DNA of 64,000 nucleotides from Auanema rhodensis (lineage: Eukaryota; Animalia; Nematoda). The notes beneath the pieces are model-generated. The model did not search any database, was not told where the DNA came from, and was given only the letters and a program-made list of their open reading frames with translations. The stretch spans positions 2,666,001-2,730,000 of the forward strand of contig OZ059896.1 in NCBI GenBank assembly GCA_964057225.1, in the 5' to 3' direction. Positions 53,001 to 64,000 of the stretch are shown here, piece after piece. Positions within the stretch are counted from its first letter, which is position 1. Every line of letters begins with the position of its first letter. The translations under genes were made by a program, and so were the position numbers.

Positions 53001-56000
53001 GTGCACATCACGTGTACATTTAATTAGCATAAATTAAAGTTCACGTAAATTTCAAAGTCATGGTTACCATGCACCAATATTAATAAAAATTTGTTTTTAG
53101 ACTAATATGGACATGGGGAATCTAATTTTGAAAACCGCATCTCTTTATCTTTCACGTGAAGCGAGTTACATACCAAGTGCACATCACGTGTACATTTAAT
53201 TAGCATAAATTAAAGTTCACGTAAATTTCAAAGTCATGGTTACCATGAACCAATATCAATAAAAATTTGTTTTTAGACTAATATGGACATGGGGAATCTA
53301 ATTTTGAAAACCGCATCTCTTTATCTTTCACGTGAAGCGAGTTACATACCAAGTGCACATCACGTGTACATTTAATTAGCATAAATTAAAGTTCACGTAA
53401 ATTTCAAAGTCATGGTTACCATGAACCAATATCAATAAAAATTTGTTTTTAGACTAATATGGACATGGGGAATCTAATTTTGAAAATCGCATCTCTTTAT
53501 CTTTCACGTGAAGCGAGTTACATACCAAGTGCACATCACGTGTACATTTAATTAGCATAAATTAAAGTTCACGTAAATTTCAAAGTCATGGTTACCATGA
53601 ACCAATATCAATAAAAATTTGTTTTTAGACTAATATGGACATGGGGAATCTAATTTTGAAAACCGCATCTCTTTATCTTTCACGTGAAGCGAGTTACATA
53701 CCAAGTGCACATCACGTGTACATTTAATTAGCATAAATTAAAGTTCACGTAAATTTCAAAGTCATGGTTACCATGAACCAATATCAATAAAAATTTGTTT
53801 TTAGACTAATATGGACATGGGGAATCTAATTTTGAAAACCGCATCTCTTTATCTTTCACGTGAAGCGAGTTACATACCAAGTGCACATCACGTGTACATT
53901 TAATTAGCATAAATTAAAGTTCACGTAAATTTCAAAGTCATGGTTACCATGAACCAATATCAATAAAAATTTGTTTTTAGACTAATATGGACATGGGGAA
54001 TCTAATTTTGGAAACCGCATCTCTTTATCTTTCACGTGAAGCGAGTTACATACCAAGTGCACATCACGTGTACATTTAATTAGCATAAATTAAAGTTCAC
54101 GTAAATTTCAAAGTCATGGTTACCATGCACCAATATTAATAAAAATTTGTTTTTAGACTAATATGGACATGGGGAATCTAATTTTGAAAACCGCATCTCT
54201 TTATCTTTCACGTGAAGCGAGTTACATACCAAGTGCACATCACGTGTACATTTAATTAGCATAAATTAAAGTTCACGTAAATTTCAAAGTCATGGTTACC
54301 ATGAACCAATATCAATAAAAATTTGTTTTTAGACTAATATGGACATGGGGAATCTAATTTTGAAAATCGCATCTCTTTATCTTTCACGTGAAGCGAGTTA
54401 CATACCAAGTGCACATCACGTGTACATTTAATTAGCATAAATTAAAGTTCACGTAAATTTCAAAGTCATGGTTACCATGAACCAATATCAATAAAAATTT
54501 GTTTTTAGACTAATATGGACATGGGGAATCTAATTTTGGAAACCGCATCTCTTTATCTTTCACGTGAAGCGAGTTACATACCAAGTGCACATCACGTGTA
54601 CATTTAATTAGCATAAATTAAAGTTCACGTAAATTTCAAAGTCATGGTTACCATGAACCAATATCAATAAAAATTTGTTTTTAGACTAATATGGACATGG
54701 GGAATCTAATTTTGAAAATCGCATCTCTTTATCTTTTACGTGAAGCGAGTTACATACCAAGTGCACATCACGTGTACATTTAATTAGCATAAATTAAAGT
54801 TCACGTAAATTTCAAAGTCATGGTTACCATGAACCAATATCAATAAAAATTTGTTTTTAGACTAATATGGACATGGGGAATCTAATTTTGAAAACCGCAT
54901 CTCTTTATCTTTCACGTGAAGCGAGTTACATACCAAGTGCACATCACGTGTACATTTAATTAGCATAAATTAAAGTTCACGTAAATTTCAAAGTCATGGT
55001 TACCATGCACCAATATTAATAAAAATTTGTTTTTAGACTAATATGGACATGGGGAATCTAATTTTGAAAACCGCATCTCTTTATCTTTCACGTGAAGCGA
55101 GTTACATACCAAGTGCACATCACGTGTACATTTAATTAGCATAAATTAAAGTTCACGTAAATTTCAAAGTCATGGTTACCATGAACCAATATCAATAAAA
55201 ATTTGTTTTTAGACTAATATGGACATGGGGAATCTAATTTTGAAAACCGCATCTCTTTATCTTTCACGTGAAGCGAGTTACATACCAAGTGCACATCACG
55301 TGTACATTTAATTAGCATAAATTAAAGTTCACGTAAATTTCAAAGTCATGGTTACCATGAACCAATATCAATAAAAATTTGTTTTTAGACTAATATGGAC
55401 ATGGGGAATCTAATTTTGAAAATCGCATCTCTTTATCTTTCACGTGAAGCGAGTTACATACCAAGTGCACATCACGTGTACATTTAATTAGCATAAATTA
55501 AAGTTCACGTAAATTTCAAAGTCATGGTTACCATGAACCAATATCAATAAAAATTTGTTTTTAGACTAATATGGACATGGGGAATCTAATTTTGAAAACC
55601 GCATCTCTTTATCTTTCACGTGAAGCGAGTTACATACCAAGTGCACATCACGTGTACATTTAATTAGCATAAATTAAAGTTCACGTAAATTTCAAAGTCA
55701 TGGTTACCATGAACCAATATCAATAAAAATTTGTTTTTAGACTAATATGGACATGGGGAATCTAATTTTGAAAACCGCATCTCTTTATCTTTCACGTGAA
55801 GCGAGTTACATACCAAGTGCACATCACGTGTACATTTAATTAGCATAAATTAAAGTTCACGTAAATTTCAAAGTCATGGTTACCATGAACCAATATCAAT
55901 AAAAATTTGTTTTTAGACTAATATGGACATGGGGAATCTAATTTTGGAAACCGCATCTCTTTATCTTTCACGTGAAGCGAGTTACATACCAAGTGCACAT

Positions 56001-58689
56001 CACGTGTACATTTAATTAGCATAAATTAAAGTTCACGTAAATTTCAAAGTCATGGTTACCATGCACCAATATTAATAAAAATTTGTTTTTAGACTAATAT
56101 GGACATGGGGAATCTAATTTTGAAAACCGCATCTCTTTATCTTTCACGTGAAGCGAGTTACATACCAAGTGCACATCACGTGTACATTTAATTAGCATAA
56201 ATTAAAGTTCACGTAAATTTCAAAGTCATGGTTACCATGAACCAATATCAATAAAAATTTGTTTTTAGACTAATATGGACATGGGGAATCTAATTTTGAA
56301 AATCGCATCTCTTTATCTTTCACGTGAAGCGAGTTACATACCAAGTGCACATCACGTGTACATTTAATTAGCATAAATTAAAGTTCACGTAAATTTCAAA
56401 GTCATGGTTACCATGAACCAATATCAATAAAAATTTGTTTTTAGACTAATATGGACATGGGGAATCTAATTTTGAAAACCGCATCTCTTTATCTTTCACG
56501 TGAAGCGAGTTACATACCAAGTGCACATCACGTGTACATTTAATTAGCATAAATTAAAGTTCACGTAAATTTCAAAGTCATGGTTACCATGAACCAATAT
56601 CAATAAAAATTTGTTTTTAGACTAATATGGACATGGGGAATCCAATTTTGAAAACCGCATCTCTTTATCTTTCACGTGAAGCGAGTTACATACCAAGTGC
56701 ACATCACGTGTACATTTAATTAGCATAAATTAAAGTTCACGTAAATTTCAAAGTCATGGTTACCATGAACCAATATCAATAAAAATTTGTTTTTAGACTA
56801 ATATGGACATGGGGAATCTAATTTTGAAAACCGCATCTCTTTATCTTTCACGTGAAGCGAGTTACATACCAAGTGCACATCACGTGTACATTTAATTAGC
56901 ATAAATTAAAGTTCACGTAAATTTCAAAGTCATGGTTACCATGCACCAATATTAATAAAAATTTGTTTTTAGACTAATATGGACATGGGGAATCTAATTT
57001 TGAAAACCGCATCTCTTTATCTTTCACGTGAAGCGAGTTACATACCAAGTGCACATCACGTGTACATTTAATTAGCATAAATTAAAGTTCACGTAAATTT
57101 CAAAGTCATGGTTACCATGAACCAATATCAATAAAAATTTGTTTTTAGACTAATATGGACATGGGGAATCTAATTTTGAAAATCGCATCTCTTTATCTTT
57201 CACGTGAAGCGAGTTACATACCAAGTGCACATCACGTGTACATTTAATTAGCATAAATTAAAGTTCACGTAAATTTCAAAGTCATGGTTACCATGAACCA
57301 ATATCAATAAAAATTTGTTTTTAGACTAATATGGACATGGGGAATCTAATTTTGAAAACCGCATCTCTTTATCTTTCACGTGAAGCGAGTTACATACCAA
57401 GTGCACATCACGTGTACATTTAATTAGCATAAATTAAAGTTCACGTAAATTTCAAAGTCATGGTTACCATGAACCAATATCAATAAAAATTTGTTTTCAG
57501 ACTAATTTGGACATGGGGAATCTAATTTTGAAAACCGCTTCTCTTTATCTTTCAAGTGAAGCGAGTTACATACCAAGTGCACATCACGTGTACATTTAAT
57601 TAGCATAAATTAAAGTTCACGTAAATTTCAAAGTCATGGTTACCATGAACCAATATCAATAAAAATTTGTTTTTAAACTAATATGGACATGGGGAATCTA
57701 ATTTTGAAAACCGCATCTCTTTATCTTTCAAGTGAAGCGAGTTACATACCAAGTGCACATCACGTGTACATTTAATTAGCATAAATTAAAGTTCACGTAA
57801 ATTTCAAAGTCATGGTTACCATGCACCAATATCAATAAAAATTTGTTTTTAGACTAATATGAACATGGGGAATCTAATTTTGAAAACCGCATCTCTTTAT
57901 CTTTCACGTGAAGCGAGTTACATACCAAGTGCACATAACGTGTACATTTAATTAGCATAAATTAAAGTTCACGTAAATTTCAAAGTCATGGTTACCATGC
58001 ACCAATATCAATAAAAATTTGTTTTTAGACTAATATGGACATGGAGAATCTAATTTTGAAAACCGCATCTCTTTATCTTTCACGTGAAGCGAGTTACATA
58101 CCAAGTGCACATCACGTGTACACTTAATTAGCATAAATTAAAGTTCACGTAAATTTCAAAGTCATGGTTACCATGAACCAATATCAATAAAAATTTGTTT
58201 TTAGACTAATATGGACATGGGGAATCTAATTTTGAAAACCGCATCTCTTTATCTTTCACGTGAAGCGAGTTACATACCAAGTGCACATCACGTGTACATT
58301 TAATTAGCATAAATTAAAGTTCACGTAAATTTCAAAGTCATGGTTACCATGCACCAATATTAATAAAAATTTGTTTTTAGACTAATATGGACATGGGGAA
58401 TCTAATTTTGAAAACCGCATCTCTTTATCTTTCACGTGAAGCGAGTTACATACCAAGTGCACATCACGTGTACATTTAAAAAGCATAAATTAAAGTTCAC
58501 GTAAATTTCAAAGTCATGGTTACCATGAACCAATATCAATAAAAATTTGTTTTTAGACTAATATGGACATGGGGAATCTAATTTTGAAAATCGCATCTCT
58601 TTATCTTTCACGTGAAGCGAGTTACATACCAAGTGCACATCACGTGTACATTTAATTAGCATAAATTAAAGTTCACGTAAATTTCAAAG

Positions 58690-61600
58690 TCATGGTTACC
58701 ATGAACCAATATCAATAAAAATTTGTTTTCAGACTAATTTGGACATGGGGAATCTAATTTTGAAAACCGCATCTCTTTATCTTTCAAGTGAAGCGAGTTA
58801 CATACCAAGTGCACATCACGTGTACATTTAATTAGCATAAATTAAAGTTCACGTAAATTTCAAAGTCATGGTTACCATGAACCAATATCAATAAAAATTT
58901 GTTTTTAAACTAATATGGACATGGGGAATCTAATTTTGAAAACCGCATCTCTTTATCTTTCACGTGAAGCGAGTTACATACCAAGTGCACATCACGTGTA
59001 CATTTAATTAGCATAAATTAAAGTTCACGTAAATTTCAAAGTCATGGTTACCATGCACCAATATCAATAAAAATTTGTTTTTAGACTAATATGGACATGG
59101 AGAATCTAATTTTGAAAACCGCATCTCTTTATCTTTCACGTGAAGCGAGTTACATACCAAGTGCACATCACGTGTACACTTAATTAGCATAAATTAAAGT
59201 TCACGTAAATTTCAAAGTCATGGTTACCATGCACCAATATCAATAAAAATTTGTTTTTAGACTAATATGGACATGGAGAATCTAATTTTGAAAACCGCAT
59301 CTCTTTATCTTTCACGTGAAGCGAGTTACATACCAAGTGCACATCACGTGTACACTTAATTAGCATAAATTAAAGTTCACGTAAATTTCAAAGTCATGGT
59401 TACCATGCACCAATATCAATAAAAATTTGTTTTTAGACTAATATGGACATGGAGAATCTAATTTTGAAAATCGCATCTCTTTATCTTTCACGTGAAGCGA
59501 GTTACATACCAAGTGCACATAACGTGTACATTTAATTAGCATAAATTAAAGTTCACGTAAATTTCAAAGTCATGGTTACCATGAACCAATATCAATAAAA
59601 ATTTGTTTTTAGACTAATATGGACATGGGGAATCTAATTTTGAAAACCGCATCTCTTTATCTTTCACGTGAAGCGAGTTACATACCAAGTGCACATAACG
59701 TGTACATTTAATTAGCATAAATTAAAGTTCACGTAAATTTCAAAGTCATGGTTACCATGAACCAATATCAATAAAAATTTGTTTTCAGACTAATTTGGAC
59801 ATGGGGAATCTAATTTTGAAATTCGCATCTCTTTATCTTTCACGTGAAGCGAGTTACATACCAAGTGCACATAACGTGTACATTTAATTAGCATAAATTA
59901 AAGTTCACGTAAGTTTCAAAGTCATGGTTACCATGCACGAATATCAATAAAAATTTGTTTTCAGACTAATTTGGACATGGGGAATCTAATTTTGAAAACC
60001 GCATCTCTTTATCTTTCAAGTGAAGCGAGTTACATACCAAGTGCACATCACGTGTACATTTAATTAGCATAAATTAAAGTTCACGTAAATTTCAAAGTCA
60101 TGGTTACCATGAACCAATATCAATAAAAATTTGTTTTGAAACTAATATGGACATGGGGAATCTAATTTTGAAAACCGCATCTCTTTATCTTTCACGTGAA
60201 GCGAGTTACATACCTAGTGCACATCACGTGTACATTTAATTAGCATAAATTAAAGTTCACGTAAATTTCAAAGTCATGGTTACCATGAACCAATATCAAT
60301 AAAAATTTGTTTTTAGACTAATATGGACATGGGGAATCTAATTTTGAAAATCGCATCTCTTTATCTTTCACGTGAAGCGAGTTACATACCAAGTGCACAT
60401 CACGTGTACATTTAATTAGCATAAATTAAAGTTCACGTAAATTTCAAAGTCATGGTTACCATACACCAATATTAATAAAAATTTGTTTTTAGACTAATAT
60501 GGACATGGGGAATCTAATTTTGAAAACCGCATCTCTTTATCTTTCACGTGAAGCGAGTTACATACCAAGTGCACATCACGTGTACATTTAATTAGCATAA
60601 ATTAAAGTTCACGTAAATTTCAAAGTCATGGTTACCATGAACCAATATCAATAAAAATTTGTTTTTAGACTAATATGGACATGGGGAATCTAATTTTGAA
60701 AACCGCATCTCTTTATCTTTCACGTGAAGCGAGTTACATACCAAGTGCACATCACGTGTACATTTAATTAGCATAAATTAAAGTTCACGTAAATTTCAAA
60801 GTCATGGTTACCATGAACCAATATCAATAAAAATTTGTTTTTAGACTAATATGGACATAGGAAACTAATTTTGAAAACCGCATCTCTTTATCTTTCACGT
60901 GAAGCGAGTTACATACCAAGTGCACATCACGTGTACATTTAATTAGCATAAATTAAAGTTCACGTAAATTTCAAAGTCATGGTTACCATGAACCAATATC
61001 AATAAAAATTTGTTTTTAGACTAATATGGACATGGGGAATCTAATTTTGAAAATCGCATCTCTTTATCTTTCACGTGAAGCGAGTTACATACCAAGTGCA
61101 CATCACGTGTACATTTAATTAGCATAAATTAAAGTTCACGTAAATTTCAAAGTCATGGTTACCATGAACCAATATCAATAAAAATTTGTTTTCAGACTAA
61201 TTTGGACATGGGGAATCTAATTTTGAAAACCGCATCTCTTTATCTTTCAAGTGAAGCGAGTTACATACCAAGTGCACATCACGTGTACATTTAATTAGCA
61301 TAAATTAAAGTTCACGTAAATTTCAAAGTCATGGTTACCATGAACCAATATCAATAAAAATTTGTTTTTAAACTAATATGGACATGGGGAATCTAATTTT
61401 GAAAACCGCATCTCTTTATCTTTCACGTGAAGCGAGTTACATACCAAGTGCACATCACGTGTACATTTAATTAGCATAAATTAAAGTTCACGTAAATTTC
61501 AAAGTCATGGTTACCATGCACCAATATCAATAAAAATTTGTTTTTAGACTAATATGGACATGGAGAATCTAATTTTGAAAACCGCATCTCTTTATCTTTC

Positions 61601-63620
61601 ACGTGAAGCGAGTTACATACCAAGTGCACATCACGTGTACACTTAATTAGCATAAATTAAAGTTCACGTAAATTTCAAAGTCATGGTTACCATGCACCAA
61701 TATCAATAAAAATTTGTTTTTAGACTAATATGGACATGGAGAATCTAATTTTGAAAACCGCATCTCTTTATCTTTCACGTGAAGCGAGTTACATACCAAG
61801 TGCACATCACGTGTACACTTAATTAGCATAAATTAAAGTTCACGTAAATTTCAAAGTCATGGTTACCATGCACCAATATCAATAAAAATTTGTTTTTAGA
61901 CTAATATGGACATGGAGAATCTAATTTTGAAAATCGCATCTCTTTATCTTTCACGTGAAGCGAGTTACATACCAAGTGCACATAACGTGTACATTTAATT
62001 AGCATAAATTAAAGTTCACGTAAATTTCAAAGTCATGGTTACCATGAACCAATATCAATAAAAATTTGTTTTTAGACTAATATGGACATGGGGAATCTAA
62101 TTTTGAAAACCGCATCTCTTTATCTTTCACGTGAAGCGAGTTACATACCAAGTGCACATAACGTGTACATTTAATTAGCATAAATTAAAGTTCACGTAAA
62201 TTTCAAAGTCATGGTTACCATGAACCAATATCAATAAAAATTTGTTTTCAGACTAATTTGGACATGGGGAATCTAATTTTGAAATTCGCATCTCTTTATC
62301 TTTCACGTGAAGCGAGTTACATACCAAGTGCACATAACGTGTACATTTAATTAGCATAAATTAAAGTTCACGTAAGTTTCAAAGTCATGGTTACCATGCA
62401 CGAATATCAATAAAAATTTGTTTTCAGACTAATTTGGACATGGGGAATCTAATTTTGAAAACCGCATCTCTTTATCTTTCAAGTGAAGCGAGTTACATAC
62501 CAAGTGCACATCACGTGTACATTTAATTAGCATAAATTAAAGTTCACGTAAATTTCAAAGTCATGGTTACCATGAACCAATATCAATAAAAATTTGTTTT
62601 GAAACTAATATGGACATGGGGAATCTAATTTTGAAAACCGCATCTCTTTATCTTTCACGTGAAGCGAGTTACATACCTAGTGCACATCACGTGTACATTT
62701 AATTAGCATAAATTAAAGTTCACGTAAATTTCAAAGTCATGGTTACCATGAACCAATATCAATAAAAATTTGTTTTTAGACTAATATGGACATGGGGAAT
62801 CTAATTTTGAAAATCGCATCTCTTTATCTTTCACGTGAAGCGAGTTACATACCAAGTGCACATCACGTGTACATTTAATTAGCATAAATTAAAGTTCACG
62901 TAAATTTCAAAGTCATGGTTACCATACACCAATATTAATAAAAATTTGTTTTTAGACTAATATGGACATGGGGAATCTAATTTTGAAAACCGCATCTCTT
63001 TATCTTTCACGTGAAGCGAGTTACATACCAAGTGCACATCACGTGTACATTTAATTAGCATAAATTAAAGTTCACGTAAATTTCAAAGTCATGGTTACCA
63101 TGAACCAATATCAATAAAAATTTGTTTTTAGACTAATATGGACATGGGGAATCTAATTTTGAAAACCGCATCTCTTTATCTTTCACGTGAAGCGAGTTAC
63201 ATACCAAGTGCACATCACGTGTACATTTAATTAGCATAAATTAAAGTTCACGTAAATTTCAAAGTCATGGTTACCATGAACCAATATCAATAAAAATTTG
63301 TTTTTAGACTAATATGGACATAGGAAACTAATTTTGAAAACCGCATCTCTTTATCTTTCACGTGAAGCGAGTTACATACCAAGTGCACATCACGTGTACA
63401 TTTAATTAGCATAAATTAAAGTTCACGTAAATTTCAAAGTCATGGTTACCATGAACCAATATCAATAAAAATTTGTTTTTAGACTAATATGGACATGGGG
63501 AATCTAATTTTGAAAATCGCATCTCTTTATCTTTCACGTGAAGCGAGTTACATACCAAGTGCACATCACGTGTACATTTAATTAGCATAAATTAAAGTTC
63601 ACGTAAATTTCAAAGTCATG
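58690..63620. repeat. 14-monomer (2463-bp) tandem duplication including a 175-bp monomer, approximate bounds
   Basis: ACATAGGAAACT (1-bp shorter variant) at 60859 and 63322; CACGAAT, TTTGAAACT and ATACACC (60463/62926) recur at offset 2463 = 14x176-1. Confidence 0.93.
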
Positions 63621-64000
63621 GTTACCATGAACCAATATCAATAACAATTTGTTTTTAGACTAATATGGACATGGGGAATCTAATTTTGAAAACCGCATCT
63701 CTTTATCTTTCACGTGAAGCGAGTTACATACCAAGTGCACATCACGTGTACATTTAATTAGCATAAATTAAAGTTCACGTAAATTTCAAAGTCATGGTTA
63801 CCATGAACCAATATCAATAAAAATTTGTTTTTAGACTAATATGGACATGGGGAATCTAATTTTGAAAACCGCATCTCTTTATCTTTCACGTGAAGCGAGT
63901 TACATACCAAGTGCACATCACGTGTACATTTAATTAGCATAAATTAAAGTTCACGTAAATTTCAAAGTCATGGTTACCATGAACCAATATCAATAAAAAT

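Larger units (their letters stand above)
1..64000. repeat. 176-bp tandem satellite array, ~353 monomers, probably centromeric or pericentromeric
   Basis: ATTTTGAAAACCGCATCTC recurs at 1, 177, 353 and onward (period 176). Consensus: ATTTTGAAAACCGCATCTCTTTATCTTTCACGTGAAGCGAGTTACATACCAAGTGCACATCACGTGTACATTTAATTAGCATAAATTAAAGTTCACGTAAATTTCAAAGTCATGGTTACCATGAACCAATATCAATAAAAATTTGTTTTTAGACTAATATGGACATGGGGAATCTA (56/176 GC). Monomers differ by only a few substitutions. Length check: 64000 - 4x471 - 4x6 + 2 = 352 monomers + 142 bp, matching the observed end. The centromeric role is inferred from the nucleosome-scale unit, AT richness and homogeneity. Confidence 0.99.

Noticed and set aside
1-64000. 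CRISPR array or repeat-spacer system
   Set aside because: The units are 176-bp contiguous repeats with no unique spacers, the four inserts are near-identical, and there are no cas genes.

Overview
This is a non-coding, eukaryote-like tandem satellite array. It holds about 353 head-to-tail copies of a 176-bp, ~32% GC monomer in a single orientation, most likely centromeric or pericentromeric; the organism cannot be assigned from the sequence alone. Only three kinds of length change interrupt the phase, and together they account exactly for the 64,000-bp length: four copies of a 467-bp non-satellite insertion flanked by a 4-bp ACGT duplication (2354-2820, 3705-4171, 5408-5874, 6759-7225), four monomers with a 6-bp ATATGG duplication, and two monomers with a 1-bp deletion. 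The four insertions derive from one event that was later multiplied by array duplication, and the matching empty-site monomer survives at ~9162 and ~11098. The most unusual observation is that the insertion carries an internal, colinear, two-block near-copy of its own target site. Rare SNPs reveal nested block duplications of 3 to 32 monomers rather than one fixed higher-order repeat (HOR). None of the ORFs in the track is credible as a gene.
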